Shown: positions 31,024 to 42,035, numbered from the stretch's first letter. The stretch is 64,000 nucleotides of DNA from Acidobacteriota bacterium (GCA_963663035.1 OY760074.1:3072001-3136000); one strand, 5' to 3'. Notes: generated by a model from the letters alone, not told the origin. Numbers and translations are program-made.

Positions 31024-31073
31024 TCTCTTTAATGCTCCTCGAATAGAAATTTACCAGCCACAAAACCCCAACC

Positions 31074-31526
31074 TTACTGAAGACTGACCAGCTCGCCCGG
31101 CCCACTGGCAATTGGGTCGGGAAACGAGCCGGTCAGATCAGAAAGAGTCATGCTGTCCAGGGCCTCGAAGACGATCTCGTTGATTCTCTGCCAATTTGTC
31201 CGGAGCCCGCAGACCGGCTCGTGCCGGCACTCCCCTGGGGCCTCGATACATTCCGTCACGGCCAGCGGCCCCTCCATCGCCTTGATAATTTCGCCTATTG
31301 AGATTCTCTCCCCACGTCGCACCAAACCATAGCCACCTTTGGCCCCCCGATGCGAAACCAACAGGCCTTCTCGTGCAAGAACCTTTAGAATTTTCCGCAC
31401 CATGGGCAACGGCAACTGACTCTCCATTGCCGCTTCCCGCGCGCTGTGCTTCAACCCGTCTTGATCCTTGGCGAAGTAGGCCAACAAGACAATCGCGTAA
31501 TCTGTCTCCTTGCTCATCCTAATCAT
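31074..31526 (-). CDS. Rrf2-family SUF system transcriptional regulator
   Basis: TDYAI, SHRGAKGGY, EGP...C..C...C; heads suf operon. Confidence 0.9.
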   Translation of the reverse strand: MIRMSKETDYAIVLLAYFAKDQDGLKHSAREAAMESQLPLPMVRKILKVLAREGLLVSHRGAKGGYGLVRRGERISIGEIIKAMEGPLAVTECIEAPGECRHEPVCGLRTNWQRINEIVFEALDSMTLSDLTGSFPDPIASGPGELVSLQ

Positions 31527-31544
31527 CGCTTCCAATCCTCGATA

Positions 31545-31600
31545 AATAGTACCAGATTGGTACTATTACACTCCAAAAGAATACCAATATGGTCCTCATT
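31545..31600. promoter_or_regulatory. Candidate Rrf2 operator(s) of the suf operon
   Basis: Perfect inverted repeat AATAGTACCA-gat-TGGTACTATT (31545-31567) plus a degenerate copy at about 31578-31600 overlapping a minus-strand TTGACA...TATTCT promoter. Confidence 0.7.
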
Positions 31601-31603
31601 CTG

Positions 31604-32590
31604 TCAACCCCCGGGAGAGTCACCCGATTCCAGCGGTGCATAGTAGCCGGGCCGTGTACTCACAACGACTCCTGGCTGCAGGGCCCGCACCTCGACATCG
31701 CGCCACTTCCCATCTTTGAGTATGTCGGAGGGGATATAAGAGATGTAGTATTGATTCTTCAGTTCTTCGGCGACTTGGCGATACACGTCGCCAAGACTAC
31801 CGAAGACCGTGGCATCCAACACCGTTCCACCGGTCTGCTGTGCGAGCCGCTGCAAAAATCTCTTGGCGCTGAGGATGAATGGGTCCGTCAGCACCTTGGG
31901 AACAAGCCGAGAGCTCGCCTGGTATGCCATCCGGGCAGCAATGGCACCAGCCCAGTACTCTTCCAACTTGGAGACAACGTACACCATGGCCTCAGAGCGA
32001 ACAGCCAGATTCATCGTCTCCTCTGAGTCGACCATGCTGTTGGTGTCGATCCCATCGGTCAGTGCGATGACCGCTTTCTTCCCTTCGACATCCGCCAGAA
32101 GATCGTCAAAGGTCACGTACAGAGCATCGTTGAAAACCGTGGAGCCCTTGGCGTAAATAGTTCCCAAGGCCAGTTCGACCTTCTCGATTTCATTGGTCCA
32201 GTTCAGAATGAGCCGTGGAGCATCGTTGAAGGCGATGATGGCCACTCTATCCTCGCTGCTCAGGCTGCTTGCAAATCCCAGGGCAGCACGCTGGATCTCC
32301 CCCTGGGCCTCACGGGTGCTCCCACTGATATCGATCAGTAAAACAACGTTTACCGGTACTCCTTCACTGTAAAAGTTGAGGATTTCTTGTTTGACTCCAT
32401 TCTCATACACCTGAAGATCTCCCTGAGTCAGACCGCTGACGAATCCTCCCGTGGCCGAACGGGCATTGACTGAAAGAAAGACTTGATTGACCGCCACTCC
32501 AATTCTAAAGCCCTCATCTTCCTGGGCCTGGCTGGATTCCTGCGGCTGACCAGAGAAGAGACCCAAAAGTAATAATGAAAGTGTCAACAT
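31604..32590 (-). CDS. Exported VWA-domain protein (Acidobacteria-type)
   Basis: MIDAS DISGS, TDGID, LAQQTGG, ELKNQYYISY, RPGYYA. Confidence 0.88.
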   Translation of the reverse strand: MLTLSLLLLGLFSGQPQESSQAQEDEGFRIGVAVNQVFLSVNARSATGGFVSGLTQGDLQVYENGVKQEILNFYSEGVPVNVVLLIDISGSTREAQGEIQRAALGFASSLSSEDRVAIIAFNDAPRLILNWTNEIEKVELALGTIYAKGSTVFNDALYVTFDDLLADVEGKKAVIALTDGIDTNSMVDSEETMNLAVRSEAMVYVVSKLEEYWAGAIAARMAYQASSRLVPKVLTDPFILSAKRFLQRLAQQTGGTVLDATVFGSLGDVYRQVAEELKNQYYISYIPSDILKDGKWRDVEVRALQPGVVVSTRPGYYAPLESGDSPGG

Positions 32591-32648
32591 TTCTCACCTC
32601 GACAACGCTGTTCAGAAAAGATTATATAGCACTTTCGCGGGGAATTTT

Positions 32649-33560
32649 GTGGCAAGCGAAATTAGCGTCTCGAATATCAAGCTTCTCTTGACCCCAGGGT
32701 CCTTTGGGATTTGCCTTGCCATTGCCTATCTTTCTGTTCACTCGGGAATGGTTCTTCTCGGCTGGCGGCGCGCGAAAAGCCCCGGGCGCATCCTTCTCAC
32801 CAATCTGTTGTTGAGTGGCTGCTTTGCAGTTCTGCTGCTAGGAGCGACTTCAGAATGGCCCGGCTCGGGATGGCTGCGTTTCCTGCGGCTGTGGTCTCCT
32901 CTGATTTTCTTTTGGTGGGCTTACCTATGGGCAGGGCACACCCTCCACTTATTCTATCCTCCCGAAGTATCCTTTGACTCAGTCATCATTCGCTGGGAAG
33001 AGCGATTCCTGGGTCAGCCTAGTCTGTGGTGGGCAAGAAATGGCTCACCCTGGCTCACCGAGGTTCTGCATTTTTTCTACGCCAGCTATTATCTCTACAC
33101 CCCTGTTCTGGGTATCTGCCTTTATGCCCAAGGGCGATTTAATGAGTTTGAAGCAATGACCTTTGCGGTCATGTTGGGTTATACAGTCTGCTATAGCCTC
33201 TCTGCAATTTTCCCGGTCTGGGGTCCACGTTGGGCCCTGGTGGCAACAGGACTCCTGGAGGTCTCTCAGCAGAAACCGCGTGGATACTGGGTCACCCGCT
33301 CAATCAACTTCATTATGTATGGAGGAACGGCCCACAAAGGGGCTGCCATGCCCAGCGGGCACAGCGCCACTGCGGTGGTCTTTCTCCTCTGGTGTTACTA
33401 TCTGTGGGGACCCTGGGTAGGAATCCCGGCCAGCATTGTCGTCCTCGGTATGTGGGTGGGTTCAGTTTACGGTCGCTATCACTATATTGCCGACATTCTG
33501 TGTGGGGCGGTTCTGGGAGCACTCAGCGTCTGGTTTGCCGACTGGTTTATTCTCATATGA
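32649..33560 (+). CDS. PAP2-family membrane phosphatase/phosphotransferase
   Basis: AMPSGH and RYHY..D motifs; multiple TMs; start uncertain. Confidence 0.8.
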   Translation: MASEISVSNIKLLLTPGSFGICLAIAYLSVHSGMVLLGWRRAKSPGRILLTNLLLSGCFAVLLLGATSEWPGSGWLRFLRLWSPLIFFWWAYLWAGHTLHLFYPPEVSFDSVIIRWEERFLGQPSLWWARNGSPWLTEVLHFFYASYYLYTPVLGICLYAQGRFNEFEAMTFAVMLGYTVCYSLSAIFPVWGPRWALVATGLLEVSQQKPRGYWVTRSINFIMYGGTAHKGAAMPSGHSATAVVFLLWCYYLWGPWVGIPASIVVLGMWVGSVYGRYHYIADILCGAVLGALSVWFADWFILI

Positions 33561-33567
33561 GGTGACG

Positions 33568-35133
33568 ATGGCTTCAAAAAAACGCTACGTGAAGATCATG
33601 CTACGGGGTGAGATCATTGAAGATCACCCCCAGTTTTCACTCTTCGGCCACAAACACCAACTCAGCCTGCCCCTCCTCTTGAAACTCATTCAAGCCGCTC
33701 GACGCCACAAACGTGTCGAAGCCCTGCTGCTGCTGCTGAAAAACGTTTCCATCGGATGGGGAGGAATCCAGGAAATCCATCATGAGCTCGAGCGCTTTCA
33801 CGCGGCGGGAAAAAGCTCACTGGCCTATTTAGAGACAGCTGACAACAAAAGCTACTTTCTGGCCTGTGGAGCCCAGCAAGTATATCTCCCTCCCTCAGCG
33901 AGCTTGGATCTGGTCGGCCTGAGAGCTGAACAGTTCTTTCTCAAAAACCTCCTCGACTATTTGGGTGTCGAACCGCAGATGTTTAGCTTGGGAAAGTACA
34001 AGTCAGCGGCTGAAATCTTCACCCGGGAGAGCATGTCCAAGGCCCATCGCTCCATGCTGGACTCCATCTTGACTGATCTCCAGGGGCAGCTGGCAGAAAA
34101 GGTCGCCGCCCGCAGCGGCATCACCCCCCAACAGGTACAGCAGTGGATCGACCAGGGGCCCTACACAGCCCGTCAGGCAGCTGAGAAAGGGCTGATCGAC
34201 GGCTGCCGCTATGAAGATGAAGTCGAAGAGCTTCTGAAAGGGCCTGAGGCAGCGCTTCGCGAGCTTCCCCAAGCCAAACTGCACGTGAGAGAGGGCTTAT
34301 TCAAAAGATGGCTCACATTCTACCGGCCCCAGATTGCTTACCTGGTGGCCGAAGGTGTCCTGACCACAGGTGCGCCCCAGCGACGGGGAGGCCAGCGGCC
34401 CACTCTGGATCTTGAAAGCTTAATCCAGTTTCTTCGTGACGCTCGCAAGCGCAAACGCGTGAAGGCTGTGGTTGTTCGAGTCAATAGTCCTGGGGGTTCA
34501 GCTATGGCTTCTGATCTTATCCACAGAGAGATTCGACTCACTGACCAGAAAAAGCCGGTGATCGTCTCGTTTGGGGATGTGGCAGCTAGTGGTGGTTATT
34601 ATTTGGCCACAGCGGCCCGGGGAATCCTGGGAATGCCCGCCACCTTGACGGGTTCCATCGGAGTCATTTCTGGAAAATTTAATGTCCAAGGGCTCCTCTC
34701 CAAGCTCGGCGTCAAAGTGGAGGGGTTGGACAAAGGCAAAAGAGCAGGCTATTTATCCCCCACGCGTTCATTTTCTGAAGAGGAAGCCCAAGTGATTCAA
34801 GACCAGATGCGGGAGTTCTATGAAGAAATGTTCCTCAAGAAGGTAGCCGAGAGCCGAAAGAAGTCGTTGGAGGCAGTGCGCAAATTGGCTGAGGGCCGGG
34901 TCTGGACAGGTGCGCAGGCCCTGGAGAACGGGTTGCTGGATGAAATGGGCGGGCTGGTCCAAGCCGTGGAGAGAGCCCAAAGAGAAGCTGGACTGGCGAA
35001 GGGAAAAAAGGTGAGGTTGGTGCGCTACTTCAGGCGACGCAGCTTACGAGATCTGTTTCCGTTCCCTCTACCCGGCGGTCTCCTGGACAATCACGTCCTG
35101 GCTCTGATGGCTGATGATCTGAATATCCATTAA
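33568..35133 (+). CDS. sppA: Signal peptide peptidase SppA (protease IV, long form)
   Basis: GKYKSAAE, RVNSPGGS, AASGGY, TGSIGV, GRVWTG; RBS GAGGTG before ATG 33568. Confidence 0.92.
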   Translation: MASKKRYVKIMLRGEIIEDHPQFSLFGHKHQLSLPLLLKLIQAARRHKRVEALLLLLKNVSIGWGGIQEIHHELERFHAAGKSSLAYLETADNKSYFLACGAQQVYLPPSASLDLVGLRAEQFFLKNLLDYLGVEPQMFSLGKYKSAAEIFTRESMSKAHRSMLDSILTDLQGQLAEKVAARSGITPQQVQQWIDQGPYTARQAAEKGLIDGCRYEDEVEELLKGPEAALRELPQAKLHVREGLFKRWLTFYRPQIAYLVAEGVLTTGAPQRRGGQRPTLDLESLIQFLRDARKRKRVKAVVVRVNSPGGSAMASDLIHREIRLTDQKKPVIVSFGDVAASGGYYLATAARGILGMPATLTGSIGVISGKFNVQGLLSKLGVKVEGLDKGKRAGYLSPTRSFSEEEAQVIQDQMREFYEEMFLKKVAESRKKSLEAVRKLAEGRVWTGAQALENGLLDEMGGLVQAVERAQREAGLAKGKKVRLVRYFRRRSLRDLFPFPLPGGLLDNHVLALMADDLNIH

Positions 35134-35609
35134 TCAACTGATTCTTCTTTGGTCTTCTCCACTAACCGAATCTCGCCAATAGCCATTTCCTTATCCACCG
35201 ACTTGCACATGTCGTAAAGAGTGAGGGCCGCCACTGACACGGCTGTCAGCGCTTCCATCTCCACGCCTGTGGCCCCTCGGCAACTCACCTGGCTGCGAAC
35301 GAGAAATCCCCCTTCCTGGAGCTCAATCTGGACATCGACAAAATCCAGGTTCAAATTGTGGCACAGAGGTATCAGTTGGCTGGTTTGCTTTGCAGCATGA
35401 ATTCCGGCCAATCTCGCCACTTCGAAAGGATTCCCCTTGGGAAGACCTGCATTGCGAATCACTTCCCCGGTTTGAGGCGAGAAGAAAAGCTGGCATTCAG
35501 CGGTGGCCCGGCGGCGGACCGTTGCTTTGCCTCCCACATCCACCATCTTGGCACGACCTCGTTTATCTACGTGACTCAGTTTGGTCTTCATTTCCTTCAT
35601 GAAAGTCAT
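35130..35609 (-). CDS. moaC: Cyclic pyranopterin monophosphate synthase
   Basis: MVDV, LIPLCH, TGVEMEAL, YDMCK; alternative start 35591. Confidence 0.95.
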   Translation of the reverse strand: MTFMKEMKTKLSHVDKRGRAKMVDVGGKATVRRRATAECQLFFSPQTGEVIRNAGLPKGNPFEVARLAGIHAAKQTSQLIPLCHNLNLDFVDVQIELQEGGFLVRSQVSCRGATGVEMEALTAVSVAALTLYDMCKSVDKEMAIGEIRLVEKTKEESVD

Positions 35610-36804
35610 TATCTAACAAAACCACTTCAACCCGTTGGCCGGCCTCAAGGCACTGCACCTCCGCTTCCATGATGATGAGCGAGTTGGCCGCGGAGAAAGC
35701 AACCAGATCAGCCGAGCCCTTCGTTTCGATGGGCTCCACCCTGAACTTGTCACCCGCCCAGAATGTCCGTGCCTGCTTGAAGAACTTCCTCCCCGGTTTT
35801 TGACTGGTCTGGGTCATCAGCTCTCCCCAAACTCTCTGCAGGCAATGGGTTGGAAAACCCATCCAACGACGAACTGCCGGCCGCACAAAGAGTTCAAATG
35901 TGACAAAGGCAGACACGGGATTACCCGGGAGGCCAAAAATCAGATGATCGCCTTTTCGCCCCACCACAATGGGTTTTCCCGGCTTGATGGCCGCTTTATG
36001 CAAAAAAATGCTGACCCCCTCTTTTGTCAATGCCTGATGAACATAATCGAATTCGCCCATGGAGACACCACCGCTGAGGAGCAGAAGGTCATACTGAAAC
36101 CCTTGGGACACCGCTTCCTGTGTGCGCTCGGGGTCGTCCGGCGTCACCGGAAAAACGGTGACATCCAATCCAAGCTGATGACACTGCGCCCACAATGAAT
36201 AGGCGTTAGAGTTGCGAATCTGACCAAAGGCGGGTTTCTTCTCCACCTCGATAATCTCATCACCAGTGGGAATCACGGCCACAGTGGGCGCTGCGTATAC
36301 TTCCACCTCCCCCTGGCCAAAGGTTGCCAGGACGCCTATCTCTGCAGCTCCCAGCACTCTCCCCCTGGCCAGGACCGTATCTCCCTGGCGCACTTCATTT
36401 CCTTTCGGTGCCAGGTTCGCTCCCTTGACCACCGCCTCAAGCAACTCCACTTTCTCGGCACCCATGGAACGGGTTTTTTCTATCATTTGCACCGCATCGG
36501 CTCCTGGTGGCACTGCCGCTCCAGTCATGATCTGGACTGCTTGCCCCGCCTTGACTTCAGGCTGGCTCTGACTGCCAGCTGCCACCGTCCCGATGACCTC
36601 TAGTTGCACCGGAGCTGCAGCCACGTCCTGGCTGCGCACGGCATACCCGTCTACAAAGGATTTCTTGAAAGGAGGCAGGTCATGGTCGGCCACCAGGGGA
36701 TGGGCCAAAACGCGACCCAAACTCTTCTGCAAAGGTACACGAATCGCTCTCGGCTCTGGAACCCGTGTGAGAAGTTCTTGGAGTGCTTCTTCGTAGGTTA
36801 GCAT
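35563..36804 (-). CDS. moeA: Molybdopterin molybdotransferase
   Basis: DGYAV, IMTGA, TGDE, SGGVSMG, KPGKP, GLPGNPVS. Confidence 0.95.
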   Translation of the reverse strand: MLTYEEALQELLTRVPEPRAIRVPLQKSLGRVLAHPLVADHDLPPFKKSFVDGYAVRSQDVAAAPVQLEVIGTVAAGSQSQPEVKAGQAVQIMTGAAVPPGADAVQMIEKTRSMGAEKVELLEAVVKGANLAPKGNEVRQGDTVLARGRVLGAAEIGVLATFGQGEVEVYAAPTVAVIPTGDEIIEVEKKPAFGQIRNSNAYSLWAQCHQLGLDVTVFPVTPDDPERTQEAVSQGFQYDLLLLSGGVSMGEFDYVHQALTKEGVSIFLHKAAIKPGKPIVVGRKGDHLIFGLPGNPVSAFVTFELFVRPAVRRWMGFPTHCLQRVWGELMTQTSQKPGRKFFKQARTFWAGDKFRVEPIETKGSADLVAFSAANSLIIMEAEVQCLEAGQRVEVVLLDNDFHEGNEDQTESRR

Positions 36805-36830
36805 TTGGCTTCGCGGTGCCCGCGGGCTAA

Positions 36831-37037
36831 GCCCGGATTATGCATAGGTTCCCGTCATGAAGCGCCGGAAGCGCCGACCTGGCCAGGCGCGCGAGGGGTA
36901 CCCGCCACGGGTCGACCCCCGCAAACGTACTCTTGAGTACGTTGAGGAGGCCGAGGGGTACCCGCTTGCGGGTCGCGTAACGCAGTCAGGTCGGATGATT
37001 TCGGCGCTGCAGTAGAGAATTTATGCATAACCCGGGC
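36831..37037. mobile_element. MITE-like element (family A)
   Basis: TIRs GCCCGGATTATGCATAGGTTC / GAATTTATGCATAACCCGGGC (18/21), TAA on both flanks; internal hairpin AACGTACTC-TT-GAGTACGTT and repeat CGAGGGGTACCCGC x2. Confidence 0.75.
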
Positions 37038-38641
37038 TAAATCACAATGGTTTCCTGGTGTTCTCCAAAAACATCCCTCATGGCATCAGCAATTTCTCCC
37101 ACCGTAGCGTAGACCTCCACGGCTTCAATCACGACGGGCATGAGATTGGATCGCCCCTGAGCGGCTCGGCGTATCTTCTCCAAAGCCGCGTCGACCTGAC
37201 CGGAGTCCCGTCGGTCTCGCAGTCTCTTGAGTCTGCCGATCTGCTCCTTTTCGACTTCAGGGTCAATGCGCAGCCTTTCTATGGGGGACTCTTCTTGACT
37301 CTCGAAGCGGTTGACCCCGACCATGATCTCCTCACCCGACTCCAGGCGTGCCTGCTGCTCATAGGCAGCTTCCTGGATCTCTCTTTGAACGTACCCGGAC
37401 TCAATGGCTTGGAGCATCCCGCCCAAGGAGTGAATCTTTTCCAGGTAAGTTTCCGCCTGATCTTCCAGATCCTTTGTCAGCTTTTCAACAAACCAGCTGC
37501 CACCCAAGGGGTCGACCACTTCCGGAACGCCGCTCTCATAGGCCAGAATTTGCTGAGTCCTGAGAGCCAATAGCGCGGCTTCTTCTGTGGGTAGGCCCAA
37601 AGCCTCGTCCATGGAATTGGTATGGAGTGACTGGGCTCCTCCCAGCACTGCCGAAAGGGCTTGGAGGGCCACCCGCACCACGTTGTTTTCGGGGTCTCGC
37701 CCACTGAGAGTGCTTCCTGCCGTCTGAGCGTGAAAGCGCAACATCCAAGACTTTGGGCTGCGCGCGCCCAACCGCTCTCGCATCAGACGCGCCCACAGGC
37801 GACGGGCGGCCCTGAACTTAGCCACCTCCTCAAAAAAGGTTCTGTGTGCGTTGAAGAAAAACGAGAGCCGAGAAGCGAACTCGTCGACTTCCAGACCGGC
37901 CTGGACAGCAGCGTGAACATAGGTTGCTCCATTGGCAAGGGTAAAAGCGATCTCCTGGGCTGCAGTGCAGCCGGCTTCTCGGATATGATAGCCGCTGATT
38001 GAAGCGGTGTTCCAGTGAGGCACATTCGTGCTGCAAAAGGAAAAAATGTCAGTGGTGATTCGCAGCGATGGCTGGGGAGGATAAATGTATGTACCTCGGG
38101 CGATGTATTCCTTAAGGATATCGTTTTGAACTGTGCCCCGAAGCGATTTCCATTCTCCCTTTTGCTTTCGGGCCACGACCAGATACATCGCTAGCAATAT
38201 GCACGCAGTCGCATTAATGGTCATGGAAGTCGATACCTCTGCCAGTGGAATCCCCTTGAACAACCGTTCCAGATCCTCAAGGCTGTCGATGGCAACCCCC
38301 ACCTTCCCGACTTCTCCTGCGGCCAGCAGGTGATCCGAATCGAGCCCAAGCTGGGTGGGGAGATCAAAAGCCACCGACAATCCTGTTGCGCCCTGAGAGC
38401 GCAGGAAATGATAGCGGCGGTTGGAGGCTTCAGGAGTCGCGAATCCGGCATACTGCCGCATCGTCCACAGACGCTTGCGGTACATCTGGGGGTAGATTCC
38501 CCGGGTGAAGGGATACTCCCCCGCTTCTCCCAAATCCTGCTTGTACTCGAGAGCCGCCGTGTCTTCAGGCCGGTAGGCGATCTTCGTGCGGCTCTTCGTC
38601 TGTTTGGATGGGGACCCTCGGCCTTGGGAGCTGATTTCCAC
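37037..38641 (-). CDS. Methylmalonyl-CoA mutase, substrate-binding subunit (no B12 domain)
   Basis: [50 protein letters not shown]. Confidence 0.92.
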   Translation of the reverse strand: MEISSQGRGSPSKQTKSRTKIAYRPEDTAALEYKQDLGEAGEYPFTRGIYPQMYRKRLWTMRQYAGFATPEASNRRYHFLRSQGATGLSVAFDLPTQLGLDSDHLLAAGEVGKVGVAIDSLEDLERLFKGIPLAEVSTSMTINATACILLAMYLVVARKQKGEWKSLRGTVQNDILKEYIARGTYIYPPQPSLRITTDIFSFCSTNVPHWNTASISGYHIREAGCTAAQEIAFTLANGATYVHAAVQAGLEVDEFASRLSFFFNAHRTFFEEVAKFRAARRLWARLMRERLGARSPKSWMLRFHAQTAGSTLSGRDPENNVVRVALQALSAVLGGAQSLHTNSMDEALGLPTEEAALLALRTQQILAYESGVPEVVDPLGGSWFVEKLTKDLEDQAETYLEKIHSLGGMLQAIESGYVQREIQEAAYEQQARLESGEEIMVGVNRFESQEESPIERLRIDPEVEKEQIGRLKRLRDRRDSGQVDAALEKIRRAAQGRSNLMPVVIEAVEVYATVGEIADAMRDVFGEHQETIVI

Positions 38642-38719
38642 TTTACATCAGGTCGGAGTTTGATATCATGAATTTAAGGATGAATTCGGATATTAGCAGA
38701 GCGAAGGCACCTGATTCAA

Positions 38720-38980
38720 ATGCAGGCTGAGGAACTCAAAGGCCATCGGAAGAAACTGGAAAAGGCCATCAATCAGGCCCTCACCGAATCGCCCCCCATC
38801 AATGCAGCCATCGAGTCGATCCGCGAAGTTGGTTACGATGTCTTCTTAATTGTTGAAGCTACCATCGGTTTCAACCGCAGAGAGGAGTCCTCCTCACCCC
38901 CAAAACAGCCAGCGGTCCGCCTCAAGCTGAGCACCCACGACCAGAAGTTCCTCAAGTCTCTCAAGATCGCCACCGAGTAG
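38720..38980 (+). CDS. Small hypothetical protein
   Basis: 86 aa ORF filling the gap between opposite-strand genes; GYDVFLIVEATIGF...DQKFLKSLKI. Confidence 0.7.
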   Translation: MQAEELKGHRKKLEKAINQALTESPPINAAIESIREVGYDVFLIVEATIGFNRREESSSPPKQPAVRLKLSTHDQKFLKSLKIATE

Positions 38981-39033
38981 ATCCCAGGAACTCAATCCTA
39001 GGCAGGGGAAAAGAAAGACCCGCAGGTAGGGAC

Positions 39034-40080
39034 TCATGGCTCCACCCGGATGTGTGTTTCCTTGAAATGGGAAACACGTCCGACCTGCTGCCCCAAGAAC
39101 CCTTCCGCTCGGAGCTCCTCGGCTAATTGCTTTGCCTCCTCTTCAGGCAGGCTGATGAGCAGCCCCCCCGAAGTCTGAGGGTCCAACATGATCTGCTGAC
39201 GAAGCGAGGAAACGCCGTTCCAGACAACTGACTGGCCGACATAACGACGATTCGACTCAATGCCCCCGGGAAGCATCCCCTGCTTCGCCAGCTTTTCAGT
39301 TCCCCTCATCACGGGGACCTCGTCTGCACTGAAGATCAGTGTCATCCCGCTTCCCTGGGCCATCTCATACGCATGGCCGATAAGACCATAGCCTGTGACA
39401 TCGGTGACAGAGTGAATGGGGAAGTTCTCCATTCGGTCGCGGGCTTTGGCATTCAATTTCAGCATCCACTCAATTGCCTCCTGGGCGATCTCATCAGAAG
39501 TTTTTTCAAACTTGATTCCGGAGGTAATAATCCCCGTTCCCAGCGGTTTGGTCAGCAACAGGGCGTCACCGGGCTGGGCGGCACTGTTGCTGTAGATTTT
39601 CTGTGGATTGACCAAGCCTGACACGCAGTAACCAAATTTGATTTCCGGATCTTTAACAGAATGCCCTCCAATGACCGCAACCTGGGCCTCATTCATCTTC
39701 TCACTGCCTCCACGCAAGATTTCATGCAGAACTTCCGCCTCCAGTTTGTCGCTGGGGAAACACACGATGGAAAGCGCAAAGCGGGGGATTCCCCCCATGG
39801 CATAGACATCGCTCAGCGAGTTGGCGGCCGCAATTTGGCCGTAGAGGAACGGGTCATCGACAACGGGCGTGAAAAAATCCACGGTCTGGACAAGTGCATT
39901 CTGGTCATCCAGACGGTAGACTCCGGCGTCGTCGGCTTTCTCAAAGCCTACCAGCACATTGGAATCTTTAAAAACGTTGATCTCAGCTAGAGCTCTCTGC
40001 AACACCTCCGGTGCCAGTTTGGAGGCTCAGCCGGCACAGTCAACCAGCTCTGTCAAACGCTTCTTTCTGCGGAACAGCAT
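39034..40080 (-). CDS. selD: Selenide, water dikinase, selenocysteine-containing (in-frame UGA at 40027-40029)
   Basis: ATG 40080 gives MLFRRKKRLTELVDCAG-U-ASKLAP, in frame with track ORF; DDAGV, TVDFFTP, DVYAMGG, TDVTGYGL, DPQTSGGLL. Confidence 0.95.
39997..40017 (-). promoter_or_regulatory. Putative bacterial SECIS hairpin in selD
   Basis: CUG-GCACC-GGA-GGUGU-UG-CAG stem-loop starting 10 nt 3' of the UGA, G in apical loop. Confidence 0.65.
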
Positions 40081-40183
40081 CCACTCATTATACTTGAACC
40101 ATCCCAACCTGAAACCCCACTCGCTCCTTAGCCGGGATTATGCAGTCTTTTGTCAGCTGTCAGTTGTCGTATAATCATTAACC

Positions 40184-42034
40184 GTGACACAGACCCATTA
40201 CGACGTGATCGTCATTGGCGGGGGGCACGCAGGCTGTGAGGCTGCCGTAGCGGCGGCGCGCATGGGAGCCAAGACAGGCCTGTTCACCCTCAATCTGAAA
40301 ATGATTGCGCAGATGTCTTGCAATCCCTCAATCGGAGGCATTGCCAAAGGGCATCTGGTCCGGGAGATCGACGCCTTGGGCGGTGTCATGGCTCAGGTTG
40401 CCGACCGCACTGCTATCCAGTTTCGCCTCCTCAACCGCAGTCGAGGTCCGGCCGTCCAGGCCCCGCGCGCGCAATGCGATAAGGAACTCTACCGAAAGGA
40501 GATGCAGGGGCTTCTTCGCGAACAGACCGGTCTGACCCTTGAGCAACTCGAAGTAGCGGCCATTGTTCGCGAAAAGAATCGGGTGGTTGCAATCGAGACC
40601 GCTCAGGGGCAGCGCATCAACTGCAGCGCCCTCATTCTCACCACAGGAACCTTTCTAAACGGTCTGTGCCACATGGGCGGCCACAAGTTTGTGGCTGGCC
40701 GGTCGGGAGAAAAATCCTCCCTTCAGCTCGCCGAGTCGATTCTGAGCATTGGCTTTCAGATGGGCCGCTTGAAAACCGGCACCCCTCCCCGCGTGGAACG
40801 TGACAGCGTCGACTTTTCCTCTCTGGAACCTCAGGCCGGGGATAAACTGCCCACCTTTTTCTCGTTCAGCAGTAAGGACGTTGCCCAGCCACAGGTGAAC
40901 TGCTGGATCACCTATACCAACGAGCGGGTTCACAAAGTTATCCGCGACAATCTGCACCGAAGTCCTCTCTATGGCGGAGAAATTGTAGGCATTGGGCCAC
41001 GCTACTGCCCCTCAATCGAGGACAAGATTGTCAAGTTCTCTGATCGAAGCCAACACCAACTTTTCCTGGAGCCGGAAAGCCTCAGCTCCAACACCATATA
41101 CATTAATGGTCTCTCCACGAGCATGCCCTTGGATGTGCAGCGTGCCATGCTCGATCAGATCCAAGGCCTTCAACAGGCCGTGATCGTCCGTCCCGGCTAC
41201 GCCGTAGAGTACGACTTTGTCCAGCCCAGCCAACTGCATGCCACACTGGAAGCCAAACAGGTGGATGGACTTTTCCTGGCAGGCCAGATTAACGGCACGA
41301 CAGGGTACGAGGAAGCGGCCGCTCAAGGCCTCATCGCCGGCATAAACGCCGCCTTAAAGGTTTCCCGCCGGGAGCCGCTCGTGTTGGGCCGCTCGCAGTC
41401 CTATATCGGCATTTTACTCGATGACTTGGTCACCCACGGCGTCGATGAACCCTACCGAATGTTCACATCGCGTGCGGAGTATCGGCTTCTGCTTCGGATC
41501 GATAATGCGGATCGGCGGCTGATGCCGCATGGTTTCCGCCTGGGCCTGGTTCCTAAGGACACCTACCAGCGCTTTCAAGGAAAATGGGCCCGAATTGATC
41601 GTGCATCTAACCTCTTTAGAAACAATCGCTTAAAAAGAGACCAGCCATTCTTTGAGAGGCTCCATCGAAAGTTCGGGTTGGAGGCAGGAGTCCCACTCGA
41701 GCAGATTCTGAAGCGGCCTGAAGTCCAGATCGAGGATCTGAGCGGGGTCTTGGCGGAGAGCGGGTTGGAATTGAGCCGAGAAGAAAGCCACGTCGTTGAA
41801 ACACACATCAAATATGAAGGCTACATCCTCCAACAGATGCGCGACGTCAAGCGCTTACAGTCACTTGAAAGCCGCCCTATTCCTTCCGACTTCAAATACG
41901 AAGGGGTCGCCGGGCTTTCGCGCGAGGTCGTGGAGCGCCTCGCTCAGGTCAAGCCGGATACCCTGGGTCAAGCCTCCAGAGTTCCCGGCATCACTCCTGC
42001 CGCAATATCCATCCTGAGCATCCATCTGCCCTAA
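40184..42034 (+). CDS. mnmG: tRNA uridine 5-carboxymethylaminomethyl modification enzyme
   Basis: [52 protein letters not shown]. Confidence 0.98.
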   Translation: MTQTHYDVIVIGGGHAGCEAAVAAARMGAKTGLFTLNLKMIAQMSCNPSIGGIAKGHLVREIDALGGVMAQVADRTAIQFRLLNRSRGPAVQAPRAQCDKELYRKEMQGLLREQTGLTLEQLEVAAIVREKNRVVAIETAQGQRINCSALILTTGTFLNGLCHMGGHKFVAGRSGEKSSLQLAESILSIGFQMGRLKTGTPPRVERDSVDFSSLEPQAGDKLPTFFSFSSKDVAQPQVNCWITYTNERVHKVIRDNLHRSPLYGGEIVGIGPRYCPSIEDKIVKFSDRSQHQLFLEPESLSSNTIYINGLSTSMPLDVQRAMLDQIQGLQQAVIVRPGYAVEYDFVQPSQLHATLEAKQVDGLFLAGQINGTTGYEEAAAQGLIAGINAALKVSRREPLVLGRSQSYIGILLDDLVTHGVDEPYRMFTSRAEYRLLLRIDNADRRLMPHGFRLGLVPKDTYQRFQGKWARIDRASNLFRNNRLKRDQPFFERLHRKFGLEAGVPLEQILKRPEVQIEDLSGVLAESGLELSREESHVVETHIKYEGYILQQMRDVKRLQSLESRPIPSDFKYEGVAGLSREVVERLAQVKPDTLGQASRVPGITPAAISILSIHLP

Positions 42035-42035
42035 A

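Noticed and set aside
36831-37037. CRISPR array or riboswitch upstream of moeA
   Set aside because: No regular repeat-spacer pattern; TIRs and flanking duplication fit a MITE better
39034-40080. selD as a nonsense pseudogene
   Set aside because: UGA is at the catalytic position, with a SECIS-like hairpin and tRNA-Sec present
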